Shown: positions 31,564 through 42,102 of the stretch, piece by piece
Layout: each line of letters starts with the position of its first letter
How positions within the stretch are numbered: the stretch's first letter is position 1
DNA from: an uncultured delta proteobacterium
GTDB lineage: Bacteria > Desulfobacterota > Desulfobacteria > Desulfobacterales > Desulfosalsimonadaceae
Direction of reading: 5' to 3'
Length of the DNA: 64,000 nucleotides
Assembly (NCBI GenBank): GCA_963826785.1
Contig: CAWGYD010000003.1
Location: 192,001 to 256,000 of the forward strand
The notes under the pieces: model-generated
What the model saw: the letters and a program-made list of their open reading frames with translations, nothing else
The model's database searches: none
What the model was told of the DNA's origin: nothing
Program-made: the position numbers and the translations under genes

Positions 31564-33762
31564 GTGATAGAAAAACGCTTTGACATTGCCTTTATTGCAC
31601 AACTGGCCCTGCGCGAAAAGCAAATCCAGCAGAATTTCAGACCCATTATAGCCGTACATAAATGGTTTGCCAGAAGGCCGGGCACCCTCTTTCGCGGACT
31701 GTTGCTCTCTGAGTTTATTGACAAGCCTCTTCCCGAAACCTTTTATCAATTCAATTACCTGAAAGGCAAAAAGATAGCCGACCCTTTCATGGGCGGCGGC
31801 ACGCCATTGCTTGAGGCGAATCGACTTGGCTGCGATGTCATCGGATTCGATATTAATCCAATGTCCTATTGGATTGTAAAACAAGAAATCGAACACCTTA
31901 ATTTAGATGATTATGTTCAGGCCGCAAACAACTTGCGTCGCAACTTGGAGATGCAAATCGGCCATCTTTACCGAACCCGCTGTGTCTGCTGTGGAAATGA
32001 GAATGCTCATGTTAAGTATTTTTTATGGGTGAAGGTCTTGCACTGCCATATATGCCATCAATCCGTTGACCTGTTTCCGGGATATCTGATTTCGTCTGAT
32101 GTTCGACATCCGAAAAATGTTTTCATTTGTCATGCCTGTGGCGAAATTACCGAAACCGAAGATAAAAAAAATCCCGGTTCATGCAATCATTGTGGTGAGC
32201 TTCTCAAACTCGAAGGTCCGGCAAGAAGAAGTCGCTGCGAATGCCCGGGATGCGGAACCATTAACTTATTTCCCCAAAAAAATCCACTTCCTCCCAAACA
32301 CCGGCTTTTCGCCATCGAGTATTACTGTCCTGCATGCAAAAATGGACATAAAGGAAGGTTTTTTAAAATACCCGATGCACGGGATCTGAAAAATATAATC
32401 GAGGCGGAGAACAGATGGGAGAAAACCCTTTCGCAGTTTGTGCCGGAAGATGAAATCCCCGCGGGTGATGAAACCAATCGCCTTCACCGCTGGGGATATA
32501 CCCGGTATCATCAAATGTTTAATTCAAGGCAGCTGCTGGGGCTGGAATTATCTGCACATATGATTTCAAAAATAACTGATGTGCGTGTCCGGAATGCACT
32601 TATAACCAATCTTTCCGATCTGCTGCGATACCAGAATATGCTCTGCCGGTATGACACGATGGCTTTAAAATCACTTGATATTTTTTCGGTGCATGGATTT
32701 CCGGTCGGGTTGATTCAATGCGAGTCCAACCTTCCCGGTATTATCGAAGCCCCAAAAAATGGGTGTGTCGGAAGCGGCGGATGGGCAAACATAGTTGAAA
32801 AATTTAAAAAGGCCAAGGCGTATTGCGATCATCCTTTTGAAGTCAGATATCGTGGGGCTAAAAAGGAAATCGTGCCGATCAAGGGAGAATGGATTGGCGA
32901 CACGCTCAACGGTAAAACCCGGAGTGTGGAGATTAACTGCAAAGATGCCGCCAAAATCGAGTTTCCCGCATCCAGTTTGGATGCGGTGTTTACTGATCCA
33001 CCCTATTTTGGGAATGTTCAATATGCCGAATTGATGGATTTTTGTTATGTTTGGGTTCGACGAATAATGAACGGGGAAACCGAGGAATTTAAGAGTCCGT
33101 CCACCCGCCATGCGCAAGAGTTGACTGGCAACGAAGCAATGGGCAGAGGCCTCGATCATTTTGCCGGCGGACTGTCATCAATCTTTCAAAAAATGGCAAC
33201 TGCATTAAAGCCGGGGGCACCACTGGCATTCACCTATCATCATAATGACATCGTCGCCTATTATCCGGTTGCAGTAGCCATTCTTGATGCGGGACTGGCC
33301 TGCACAGCATCCATACCATGCCCGGCTGAAATGAGTGCTTCCATCCACATAAATGGCACCGGATCATCTATTATCGATACTGTTTTTGTGTGCCGGTCAA
33401 CAGGTACCATGCCGAGGAGATGGATTGTTGATTCAATCGAAGGAGTGGTGCAATTGATTAAGAATGATATTGCGCTGCTCGAATACGGCAAGGTGAAATC
33501 GACACCGGGCGATATCCGATGTATTGCTTACGGCCATTTGATTCGCCTGGCCATATGGAATCTGCGGTTGCAATGGGACAAGACTGCAGACATCAAAAAA
33601 CGATTGTCCATGGTTTCATCATGGCTGCTCAATTTCGGCACTTGGAGCGAAATTGAAAAAATTCTTCATGATTTGCCATTTAAGCCCATAGACCGGCCCC
33701 TTTTGACCGTGTGTGAAACCCATAAAACATATGGAAATGTTGATGCCGAAGTATCCTTTTGA
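31564..33762 (+). CDS. Amino-DNA methyltransferase with multiple Zn-ribbons (COG1743/DUF1156-like)
   Basis: HKWFARR, motif I DPFMGGG, motif IV TDPPY and six CxxC pairs. Visibly AT-richer than the flanks. Confidence 0.85.
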   Translation: MIEKRFDIAFIAQLALREKQIQQNFRPIIAVHKWFARRPGTLFRGLLLSEFIDKPLPETFYQFNYLKGKKIADPFMGGGTPLLEANRLGCDVIGFDINPMSYWIVKQEIEHLNLDDYVQAANNLRRNLEMQIGHLYRTRCVCCGNENAHVKYFLWVKVLHCHICHQSVDLFPGYLISSDVRHPKNVFICHACGEITETEDKKNPGSCNHCGELLKLEGPARRSRCECPGCGTINLFPQKNPLPPKHRLFAIEYYCPACKNGHKGRFFKIPDARDLKNIIEAENRWEKTLSQFVPEDEIPAGDETNRLHRWGYTRYHQMFNSRQLLGLELSAHMISKITDVRVRNALITNLSDLLRYQNMLCRYDTMALKSLDIFSVHGFPVGLIQCESNLPGIIEAPKNGCVGSGGWANIVEKFKKAKAYCDHPFEVRYRGAKKEIVPIKGEWIGDTLNGKTRSVEINCKDAAKIEFPASSLDAVFTDPPYFGNVQYAELMDFCYVWVRRIMNGETEEFKSPSTRHAQELTGNEAMGRGLDHFAGGLSSIFQKMATALKPGAPLAFTYHHNDIVAYYPVAVAILDAGLACTASIPCPAEMSASIHINGTGSSIIDTVFVCRSTGTMPRRWIVDSIEGVVQLIKNDIALLEYGKVKSTPGDIRCIAYGHLIRLAIWNLRLQWDKTADIKKRLSMVSSWLLNFGTWSEIEKILHDLPFKPIDRPLLTVCETHKTYGNVDAEVSF

Positions 33763-34774
33763 AGTCTCATTTGATGAAATTTACACTAATGCGGAACCAT
33801 ACGTGGATGCCGTCTTCTCATGTCTTGAATCAGAATTTCTAATCATGCCCAAGGGAGAAGGTTTTATCGAATACGCGGTATTTGAACGGGGCTATGAAGC
33901 TTTGAAAGCGGCGACTAAAGGTTTTTCTCAGATCGACACACAAGGGGTATGTTCGGTTGTATTGGCGGAGCCCATTTCTTTGATTGTATTGCGAGCCATG
34001 CTCGGGTTTACGCCCCCGGAATGGGGTTATATCACCACTCAGTTGACAGGGGTTAAGGTTAGCCAAGGGTTTGCTCGTTCTATCGATCGGAAAATACGGA
34101 GATCACCTGAATCTCCGATATATGCCAATGGTTTATTTACTGAGAGGCTGAAGGCATTGATCACCTCAGCCTGTCAATTGATTTCAGAAGGCATGCCACA
34201 AGTGCAAGAGAAATTCTTGCATCGCTTGAACAAAGCCGATACCCGGCAAGGAACAGACAGTCTCAAAAACATTTCTCAAATGGGTGCTCCCTATGCCATG
34301 CTTCTATATGAACGTTTTCTGGGCCGACCATTTGCTGGTCACAGGGACTCCGTAAGTGAACTTGTAGGTGAAAGCCTTGAATCCGCAATCGAAGATGTTT
34401 TAACAAATGCGGGAATCAGCTATCGAAAAACCAAAAGGGCTGAACGAATAGAAGGATTCGACCAAGTTCCGGATTTTATTGTCCCGAGTGAATTCAATCC
34501 CCAAGTGATCATAGAGGCGAAAATTACGGAAGATGACGGCACCGCCCGAGATAAAGTAACCCGCATTCAGCATCTCGGTCATTTGAGCCTTGTTGGGCGA
34601 TCTGATGACAATCCAAGGTTTGAGGTGATTGCCTGTATCGACGGTCGTGGTTTCGGTGTTCGGCGTGAAGACATGAAAAAAATGCTTCTGGCTACAAGGG
34701 GGAAGGTTTTTACGCTGAAAACCCTGAGCCAAATGATTGATTTTACTAGTTTGAAAAATTTTAGATCTAAGTAG
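33743..34774 (+). CDS. Putative Type II restriction endonuclease (PD-(D/E)xK)
   Basis: VPDFIVP...IIEAK motif. Overlaps the MTase stop and lies in the same AT-richer block. Confidence 0.65.
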   Translation: MPKYPFEVSFDEIYTNAEPYVDAVFSCLESEFLIMPKGEGFIEYAVFERGYEALKAATKGFSQIDTQGVCSVVLAEPISLIVLRAMLGFTPPEWGYITTQLTGVKVSQGFARSIDRKIRRSPESPIYANGLFTERLKALITSACQLISEGMPQVQEKFLHRLNKADTRQGTDSLKNISQMGAPYAMLLYERFLGRPFAGHRDSVSELVGESLESAIEDVLTNAGISYRKTKRAERIEGFDQVPDFIVPSEFNPQVIIEAKITEDDGTARDKVTRIQHLGHLSLVGRSDDNPRFEVIACIDGRGFGVRREDMKKMLLATRGKVFTLKTLSQMIDFTSLKNFRSK

Positions 34775-34895
34775 TCTTAGATTTACACCGCGCATTGCCC
34801 CGATCATGAAACAGCTTATTATGTAATGTAGATGTTATCCGTGCACTCCTTGTGCAGGAGAATGCCAGTGAATCTTTCATCAGGGGATTTTGCTC

Positions 34896-37166
34896 ATGCG
34901 CGAAGAAGATGTTCTGTTCTATCACAGTGCGCCTCGACCGGGAAAGATCGAGGTGGTGCCTACCAAATCCTGCGTCTCCCAGTCCGACCTGTGCCTGGCC
35001 TATACCCCCGGAGTGGGTTTTCCCTCCCTGGCCGTCCAGAGGGACCCGAATCTCGCCTATGAATACACCGCCAAAAGCAACCTGGTGGGGGTGGTCACCA
35101 ACGGCACGGCCGTGCTGGGGCTGGGCAATATCGGGGCCCTGGCCGCCAAGCCGGTCATGGAAGGCAAGGCGGTGCTGTTCAAGCGGTTTGCGGACCTGGA
35201 CGTATTCGACATCGAGGTGAACACCACCGACCCGGACGAGTTTATCCGCACGGTGAAATCTCTGGAACCGACCTTCGGCGGCATTAACCTGGAAGATATC
35301 AAGGCGCCGGACTGTTTCTACATCGAAGAGAAGCTCAAAAAGGAAATGGGGATTCCCGTGTTCCACGATGACCAGCACGGCACCGCCATTATCTCAGGCG
35401 CGGCCCTGATCAATGCCTGCGCCCTGACCGCAAGGACGCTGGAGCATCTTAAAATCGTGATCAACGGGGCGGGGGCGGCGGCCATTGCCACGGCCAAAAT
35501 GTATATCCACCTCGGCGTAAAGAAATACAACCTGATCATGTGCGATTCCAAGGGGGTGATCTACAGGGGAAGGCAAGCCGGCATGAATCCCTACAAGGCG
35601 GAATTTGCCGCAGATACGGATCGGCGAACCCTGGAGGACGCCGTTGCGGGCGCCGACGCCCTGGTGGGGCTTTCGGTCAAGGGCGCCTTTACCCCGGATC
35701 TGTTAAAGCGAATGGCCGAAAAACCGATCATCTTCGCCCTGGCCAACCCGGACGCGGAAATCGGGTACTGGGAAGCCAGGGAAGCCCGGCCGGATGCCGT
35801 CATCGCCACCGGCCGCTCGGATTATCCCAACCAGGTCAACAACGTGCTGGGATTTCCCTTTATTTTCCGGGGTGCGCTGGATGTACGGGCATCGGCCATC
35901 AACATGGAAATGATGGTGGCGGCGGTGCGTGCCCTGGCCGAACTGCCCCGTGAAGACGTTCCGGACGCAGTGATTCGTGCATACGGCAGCGAGCCCATCC
36001 GGTTCGGCCCGGAATACATCATCCCCAAACCCCTCGATCCCCGGGTGCTGCTCAAAGTGGCCCCGGCCGTGGCCCTGGCCGCGGTGGAAAGCGGCGTGTC
36101 CCGGATCCGGCTGCCCAAGCGCACGGCCTACATCCAGTCTTTGGAAGCCCGTCTGGGTCCGGAGCGGGAAATCATGCGCAAAATCATCGTCCGGGCCCAG
36201 CAGGATTTCAAAACCATTGTGCTTCCCGAAGGGGACCATCCGGTAATTCTCCGGGCGGCCAGCCATGTGGTGCGCGAGCGCATCGCCCGCCCCCTGCTTC
36301 TGGGAAAGCCGGTACAGATCGAAGCGGCGGCCCGCCAGTTGAATGTTTCCCTCGATGATATCGAAATCATGGATCCACTGGAAAGCCCGGTGTTCGACCG
36401 GTTCGCCCAAAGCCTGCACGAGGCCCGGGCCCGCCGGGGGTGGGGAATGGCCGAAACCCGGCGGCAACTGCAGAACCGCTATGTTTTCGGGGCCATGATG
36501 GTCAAGGAGGGGCTGGTGGACGGCCAGGTCCACGGCATCAGCCGGCCCTACCCGGATGCCATCCGCCCCGTCCTGCAGGTCATTGCCCGGCGGGAGGGGT
36601 TCTCAAGAGTGGGGGGCGTCTACCTGATGATATTCAGGGACCGGATCCTGCTGTTTGCCGATGCCACGATCAACATCCGGCCCGATTCGAATGACCTGGC
36701 CGAAATGGCCATCCTGTCTTCGGAAATGGCCCGCTTTTTTGATATCGAACCCCGGGTGGCCATGATCTCGTTTTCCAACTTCGGCAACACCCGGCACCCG
36801 GATGCCAAGCGGGTGGAAGAAGCGGTAACGATTGCCCGAAAACGGGCGCCGCACCTGGTCATTGACGGCGAAATGCAGGCCGACACCGCAGTGGTCGGCG
36901 ATATTCTGATGAAGGACTACCCGTTCAACCGCCTGGGCGGTCCGGCCAACGTGCTGATCTTTCCGGATCTCGACGCGGGCAACGCATCATACAAGCTTCT
37001 GGTCCACCTGGGCGGCGCCAAGGCCGTCGGGCCTCTGCTCATGGGAATCAGCCGGCCCTTCAATGTGGTGCCACGGGGAACGGATATGGAAAACGTGGTC
37101 AATGTGATCGCCATCACCGTGGCCCAGGCCCAGGAGCAAGACCGGAAGAGACTAAAAAAGACATGA
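34896..37166 (+). CDS. maeB: NADP-dependent malic enzyme with a PTA-like C-terminal domain
   Basis: [39 protein letters not shown] and DGEMQAD motifs. Confidence 0.95.
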   Translation: MREEDVLFYHSAPRPGKIEVVPTKSCVSQSDLCLAYTPGVGFPSLAVQRDPNLAYEYTAKSNLVGVVTNGTAVLGLGNIGALAAKPVMEGKAVLFKRFADLDVFDIEVNTTDPDEFIRTVKSLEPTFGGINLEDIKAPDCFYIEEKLKKEMGIPVFHDDQHGTAIISGAALINACALTARTLEHLKIVINGAGAAAIATAKMYIHLGVKKYNLIMCDSKGVIYRGRQAGMNPYKAEFAADTDRRTLEDAVAGADALVGLSVKGAFTPDLLKRMAEKPIIFALANPDAEIGYWEAREARPDAVIATGRSDYPNQVNNVLGFPFIFRGALDVRASAINMEMMVAAVRALAELPREDVPDAVIRAYGSEPIRFGPEYIIPKPLDPRVLLKVAPAVALAAVESGVSRIRLPKRTAYIQSLEARLGPEREIMRKIIVRAQQDFKTIVLPEGDHPVILRAASHVVRERIARPLLLGKPVQIEAAARQLNVSLDDIEIMDPLESPVFDRFAQSLHEARARRGWGMAETRRQLQNRYVFGAMMVKEGLVDGQVHGISRPYPDAIRPVLQVIARREGFSRVGGVYLMIFRDRILLFADATINIRPDSNDLAEMAILSSEMARFFDIEPRVAMISFSNFGNTRHPDAKRVEEAVTIARKRAPHLVIDGEMQADTAVVGDILMKDYPFNRLGGPANVLIFPDLDAGNASYKLLVHLGGAKAVGPLLMGISRPFNVVPRGTDMENVVNVIAITVAQAQEQDRKRLKKT

Positions 37167-37249
37167 ATCAGATTAAAATCCACGCATGAATCTGTCAAAC
37201 AAAGCAAAAGAGGGGGAAAAACATGGCGGGGGGGAAAAAACAAAAAAAA

Positions 37250-37356
37250 TGAGGCAACCCTGCTGCCGTATTGTTTTTCTTAAAGTTTCCTCTTTAAAAA
37301 ACAACTTAGGCCAGTGGCTTTGCGTCCCACCCTTTCGGCATGGTTTGCTTTTCTCT
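37250..37356 (-). ncRNA. GEMM-I (c-di-GMP-I family) aptamer, A20 variant, copy 2
   Basis: Minus strand GAGAAAAGCAAACCATGCCGAAAGGGTGGGACGCAAAGCCACTGGCCTAA-[AT-rich hairpin]-ACGGCAGCAGGGTTGCCTCA followed by 8 T. Confidence 0.9.
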
Positions 37357-37362
37357 GATTAT

Positions 37363-37391
37363 AAAATATGTACGGCCTGCAGAGGTGTCAA
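37363..37391 (-). promoter_or_regulatory. sigma70-type promoter directly upstream of aptamer copy 2
   Basis: TTGACA-N17-TATTTT. Copy 1 has TTGACG-N18-AATAAT at 31222-31251. Confidence 0.6.
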
Positions 37392-37512
37392 ATCAATTAG
37401 CTGAAATTTATGAGGTTTATTATCATTAGATGATTTTGGAATTTCATCTTTACAACATAATCTCAAAGGCCTGCGAAAAAGCATCCCCCCAAAAAAAAAT
37501 TATGTCGTTCGG

Positions 37513-38064
37513 CTATTTTTTTGAAATGAAGGGATTGTTCTCGATATAAAAACGCAGAGGCTTTATGGCCCAGTCACCGGCATAATCGACACCGATGCGT
37601 GGTTTTTCAATGATGTTAAAAGATCGCGTATCGGGGATTTGGGCAATATAAAAATCGTCGCTGATCAGGTCGTGCCCGTTGAGGGACCGGTCGATGTGCA
37701 TGGCGGCGCACAGCAGGCCCGGACCGCGGGTGTTGCCATCGATGCGGGAAACGGGCTCCAGTGCCCGGATCAAAACGGCGGATGCATGCCCACCCGGTCC
37801 GGTCACCACATTGAAGCAGTGATGAAGGCCGTAGACCAGATACACGTAGGCATGCCCCGGGGGGCCGAACATGACCTCGGTGCGTTTCGTCCTTCCCCGG
37901 GCGGAATGGGCCGCCAGATCGTCAGGTCCCAGGTAGGCTTCCGTCTCCACGATGCTTCCGATCCGTGGGGTCTTACGCCATACCCGGACCAGATATTTCC
38001 CCAGAAGGTTTCGGGCCGCATCATTTGCATCCCGATCATAAAACGCACGGGTGAGTTTTTCCAT
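37513..38064 (-). CDS. 3-methyladenine DNA glycosylase (AAG/MPG family)
   Basis: IVETEAY, YVYLVYGLH, VLIRALEP, GPG.LC and RIGV motifs. Confidence 0.92.
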   Translation of the reverse strand: MEKLTRAFYDRDANDAARNLLGKYLVRVWRKTPRIGSIVETEAYLGPDDLAAHSARGRTKRTEVMFGPPGHAYVYLVYGLHHCFNVVTGPGGHASAVLIRALEPVSRIDGNTRGPGLLCAAMHIDRSLNGHDLISDDFYIAQIPDTRSFNIIEKPRIGVDYAGDWAIKPLRFYIENNPFISKK

Positions 38065-38089
38065 CTCACATCTCAGCCCAGCGGCTTGA

Positions 38090-38575
38090 TCACCACCGGC
38101 TCATGACCTCGATGCCCCGCTTCTTGGCGATTTCATCCTGAAGCTGTTGAAACTGGGTCCCCACCACCTCGATCAAATAGGACATGACGCGAAAACCCAG
38201 ATCCGCATCCTTGTCGAAAAGCCCCAGGAGGTCCTCCCGGCCCAGCCGGATCACCTTGCAGGAACGTGAGATGCAGTAGCCCGAGAGCTGGTAATGATAA
38301 GGCGGTACAAAGCAGGTCCATCCGAAGGCATGGGCCGTGGACATGAACGAGACTTCCGGCTCTGCGGCAGAAGACTGATTTTCCGCCGGTTCGGTCCTCA
38401 ATTCCACATCGCCCTCCACCACGATCCAGACACTGACCGCATCTTCGCCCTGGGCGAATATCCGCTCTGTGCGCCTGAACTCGACGATTTCAGCGCAATC
38501 CTGAATCATCCGGAGCTGATCATCGCTCAGCTGCTTAAAAACATCCACTTTATCCAGAAAGTCAATGCTAATCAA
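38090..38575 (-). CDS. Stand-alone cyclic-nucleotide-binding domain protein
   Basis: IFAQGE...VVEGDV...FGW beta-barrel pattern with no HTH. Confidence 0.8.
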   Translation of the reverse strand: MISIDFLDKVDVFKQLSDDQLRMIQDCAEIVEFRRTERIFAQGEDAVSVWIVVEGDVELRTEPAENQSSAAEPEVSFMSTAHAFGWTCFVPPYHYQLSGYCISRSCKVIRLGREDLLGLFDKDADLGFRVMSYLIEVVGTQFQQLQDEIAKKRGIEVMSRW

Positions 38576-38594
38576 TCGCTTCCCCTTTCGAATC

Positions 38595-39074
38595 TTACGA
38601 ATCCGTTTGCTTTACCGGTGTCTTTAAAACCGCGGTCTCCTGCAGCTTCTGAAATCGCGCCCCGACGATCCGCAGCATCGCCGAAAGCACACGATAACCG
38701 ATGCCGGGATTTTCCTTGAGATAGGCCATCAACTGCTCCCGTTCAATCAGGAGCACCCGGACTTCAGGTGAGGCGCAATACGCGCTCAGTTTGTACTGGT
38801 GGGGCGGAATCAGGCTTGACCATCCCATGATCCTGTTTTCATGGACGGAAGAGAGAGTGCTTTCCCCGGAGGTTTCCCGGCCCGGCAGGTCAAACCGGAG
38901 ATCGACCCGCCCCTGCCTGACCACCCACAGATGATTTGCGGTTTCCCCTTCTTTGAAAAGCTGCTGCCCCTGCTGAAAACTCTTTTCGGTAGCCGCTTTT
39001 TCGATGACGGTCAGCTGCGCGTCCGTCAAATCCTGAAAGGCTTCGACTTTCTTTAAGAATTCGAGATAGGCCAA
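38595..39074 (-). CDS. Stand-alone cyclic-nucleotide-binding domain protein (paralog)
   Basis: LFKEGE...VRQGRV...MGWSSL pattern, similar to the neighbouring gene. Confidence 0.8.
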   Translation of the reverse strand: MAYLEFLKKVEAFQDLTDAQLTVIEKAATEKSFQQGQQLFKEGETANHLWVVRQGRVDLRFDLPGRETSGESTLSSVHENRIMGWSSLIPPHQYKLSAYCASPEVRVLLIEREQLMAYLKENPGIGYRVLSAMLRIVGARFQKLQETAVLKTPVKQTDS

Positions 39075-39185
39075 TGACGCCTCCTTTTATTAGAGTTGCA
39101 CACCCGCATCATTTATCTGTCTTTTTCGGAAATGACGAACTCTCCGATTTCCGGCAAAGCCGATAATTTTGGAATACCAAATTTT

Positions 39186-39554
39186 TCAGGCGCTTTCCAG
39201 CGTAAAATCCGCCTGGACCTCTCCCCCCAGCACATGGCGTTGAAACACGGCGCGCATTTTTTCCGCATTCATGTGCCTGTAGACGGTGGGCGGTTCGCCT
39301 TCGATCTCAACGGTCACCATGGGTTCGTTTTCGCATGCGCCCGGACATTTCGAGGCCAGCGCCCGGATATCCGCCCGGTCGACCCCGGCGATCTCCTCCA
39401 TCAGCGCCTTCATCACCTCCCGCGCACCCGCCTCGATGCCGCATGCGCCCATGTGAACGGTGATGTTGATTTTGGCGATGCCGTACCGCAGGGAGATGTC
39501 CCTGGCGGTCTTTTCCCTGATCCGTTTGAGATCATCGATGGTCTTTTTTGGCAT
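39186..39554 (-). CDS. Thioredoxin-like [2Fe-2S] ferredoxin (HndB-like)
   Basis: MGACGIEAGAR...CPGACENEPMV. Confidence 0.85.
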   Translation of the reverse strand: MPKKTIDDLKRIREKTARDISLRYGIAKINITVHMGACGIEAGAREVMKALMEEIAGVDRADIRALASKCPGACENEPMVTVEIEGEPPTVYRHMNAEKMRAVFQRHVLGGEVQADFTLESA

Positions 39555-39770
39555 ATATTTCCCTTTTTGTTTTGATGTTCACCCGTTCATGGAAAATAGA
39601 ATCAATCCGGATAGGTGTCAATGAAATTTGCCTGCATGCGCATATCGTGGCATCGCGGCCAAAAACAACCGCCGCACGGCCTCTGATCATTGACATTTCC
39701 CATTGATTATGGAAAAGTCTGTATTCATTTGTTTTGATGCCAAATGCCAAAAACCGCCATTGGAGTGAAC

Positions 39771-40265
39771 ATGCCGCCACGCCATACCTTTTCCCACCCG
39801 GACGTCACCCCGGAAATGATAAAACAGGTTGACCAGATCCTTGCCGATCACCGGGATGCCCCGGGGACGGTGATTCCCGTTCTCCGGATGTGCCAGGAGG
39901 TCGTCGGGTACCTCCCCGTTGAACTGATCGATTACATCAGCGCCGGATTGAACCTTCCGCCCAGCACGGTCCTGGGCATCGCCACCTTTTATTCCCTGTT
40001 TTCCCTGGCGCCCAAGGGTCGGCACACCATCAAGGCCTGCCTGGGAACCGCCTGCTATGTAAAGGGGATCAAAGAGGTGATGAGCCGCATCAAAAGCGAG
40101 TTCAACATCAAAGAGGGGGAAACTACCGTTGACCGACGTTTTTCACTGGAGGCGGTGCGGTGCCTCGGCGCCTGCGGACTGGCGCCCGTCCTGGTCGTGG
40201 ATCAGGACACCCACGGCATCGTATCGCCGGAACAGGTCAAAGGCATCTTAAACTCCTATGAGTGA
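39771..40265 (+). CDS. NuoE/HndA-like [2Fe-2S] subunit
   Basis: CLGTAC...CLGACGLAP and ATFY motifs. Confidence 0.92.
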   Translation: MPPRHTFSHPDVTPEMIKQVDQILADHRDAPGTVIPVLRMCQEVVGYLPVELIDYISAGLNLPPSTVLGIATFYSLFSLAPKGRHTIKACLGTACYVKGIKEVMSRIKSEFNIKEGETTVDRRFSLEAVRCLGACGLAPVLVVDQDTHGIVSPEQVKGILNSYE

Positions 40266-40314
40266 CGCATCCCTGCTGTTTCCTTAGAACCGAACCTTAC
40301 ATCCGGAGCACACT

Positions 40315-42102
40315 ATGGTTAAAAATAGAATACAACTGATGCTGTGCGGCGGCACGGGGTGCAGGGCCAGCCACAGCAAGGCCTTTCAGGAAGCCCTGCA
40401 GAACGAGCTGGTCCGCCGGGACCTGGACAGGGAAATCGGCATCATCGAGACGGGATGCAACGGCTTCTGCGCGGTGGGCCCGGTCATGCTGGTGCAGCCG
40501 GAAGGAATCTTCTACCAGAAACTCTCCGTCAAAGACGTCCCGGAGCTGGTGGAGGAGCATTTTTTGAAAGGCTGTCCGGTCAAGCGCCTCCAGTACATCG
40601 ATCCCGCCAACCGGCAGACCATCCCCAAAATGAAGGACATCCCCTTCTTCGCCCACCAGATGTTCTGGGTCATGCGCAACAAGGGGCTGATCGATCCGGA
40701 AAGCATCGACGAATACATCGCACGGGACGGCTACTTTGCCGCGGTCAAGGCCTTGACGGAAATGACCCCGCAGCAGGTCATCGAGGAGATGAAATCCTCG
40801 GGGCTGCGCGGCCGGGGCGGGGCCGGATTTCCCACCGGAATCAAATGGGAGTTCGCCTCCAGATCCGATGAAAAGATCAAGTACGTCCTGTGCAATGCGG
40901 ATGAGGGGGATCCCGGCGCCTTCATGGACCGCAGCATCCTGGAGGCCGACCCCCATGTCATCCTGGAAGGGATGATCATCGCCGCAAGGGCCATCAACTC
41001 CCCCCAGGGATACATCTACTGCCGCACCGAATATCCCCTGGCCATCCACCGGCTGACCCTGGCCATTTCCCAGGCCCGGGATTACGGGCTGCTGGGAAAA
41101 GACATCCTGGGATCGGGGTTTGACTTCGACGTGGACATCTACCAGGGAGCCGGCGCGTTCGTGTGCGGGGAAGAAACCGCGCTCATGCGCTCCATCGAGG
41201 GAAAGCGGGGCATGCCCCGCCCCCGCCCCCCCTTTCCCGCAAAGCACGGGCTGTGGAACAAGCCCACGGTGTTGAACAACGTGGAGACCCTGGCCAACGT
41301 GCCCCGGATCATCTTAAACGGCAGCGACTGGTTCTCCCGCGTGGGGACCGTGACCAGCAAGGGGACCAAGGTATTCGCCCTGTCCGGCGATATCAACAAC
41401 ATCGGACTGGTGGAAGTGCCCATGGGGATTACGCTGCGCAAAATGATCTATGATATCGGCGGCGGCATCCCCAACCGGAAGAAATTCAAGGCCGTTCAGC
41501 TGGGGGGGCCTTCGGGCGGCTGCGTGCCGGAACAGTATCTCGACACCCCCGTCGACTACGAGGCCATCGCCAGGGTGGGGGCCATCATGGGATCGGGCGG
41601 GGTCATCGTCATGGATGAAAACACCTGCATGGTGGACATGGCCCGGTTCTTTCTCGATTTCATCCAGGAAGAATCCTGCGGAAAGTGCACCCCCTGCCGG
41701 GAAGGGACCCGGCGGCTGCTGGAGATCGTGGACAAGATCACCCAGGGACACGGCACCCCGGCCGACCTGGACACCCTGGAAGAGCTGTCCCGCATCATCA
41801 AGACCTCCTCCCTGTGCGGACTGGGGCAGACCGCGCCCAATCCGGTGCTGTCCACCCTGCGATATTTCCGGGATGAATACCACGCCCACGTGTATGAAAA
41901 ACGGTGCCCGGCCAAGCGGTGCGTGGCCCTGCTCAAATTTGAAATCGATGCCGACAAGTGCCAGAAATGCGGACTGTGCTTCAAGACCTGCCCCGCCGAC
42001 GCCATCACCTGGCAAAAAAAGGAAGTGGCGAAAATCGACCGGGAAAAATGCATCCAGTGCCTGTCCTGTTTTGAAAAATGCAAGTTTGACGCCATCTCAT
42101 GA
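40315..42102 (+). CDS. NuoF/HndC/HydB-like FMN/NAD-binding subunit with C-terminal 2x[4Fe-4S]
   Basis: GLRGRGGAGFP, NADEGDPGAFMDR, CGEETAL and CGKCTPCREG motifs, plus two C-terminal CxxCxxCxxxC. Confidence 0.94.
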   Translation: MVKNRIQLMLCGGTGCRASHSKAFQEALQNELVRRDLDREIGIIETGCNGFCAVGPVMLVQPEGIFYQKLSVKDVPELVEEHFLKGCPVKRLQYIDPANRQTIPKMKDIPFFAHQMFWVMRNKGLIDPESIDEYIARDGYFAAVKALTEMTPQQVIEEMKSSGLRGRGGAGFPTGIKWEFASRSDEKIKYVLCNADEGDPGAFMDRSILEADPHVILEGMIIAARAINSPQGYIYCRTEYPLAIHRLTLAISQARDYGLLGKDILGSGFDFDVDIYQGAGAFVCGEETALMRSIEGKRGMPRPRPPFPAKHGLWNKPTVLNNVETLANVPRIILNGSDWFSRVGTVTSKGTKVFALSGDINNIGLVEVPMGITLRKMIYDIGGGIPNRKKFKAVQLGGPSGGCVPEQYLDTPVDYEAIARVGAIMGSGGVIVMDENTCMVDMARFFLDFIQEESCGKCTPCREGTRRLLEIVDKITQGHGTPADLDTLEELSRIIKTSSLCGLGQTAPNPVLSTLRYFRDEYHAHVYEKRCPAKRCVALLKFEIDADKCQKCGLCFKTCPADAITWQKKEVAKIDREKCIQCLSCFEKCKFDAIS

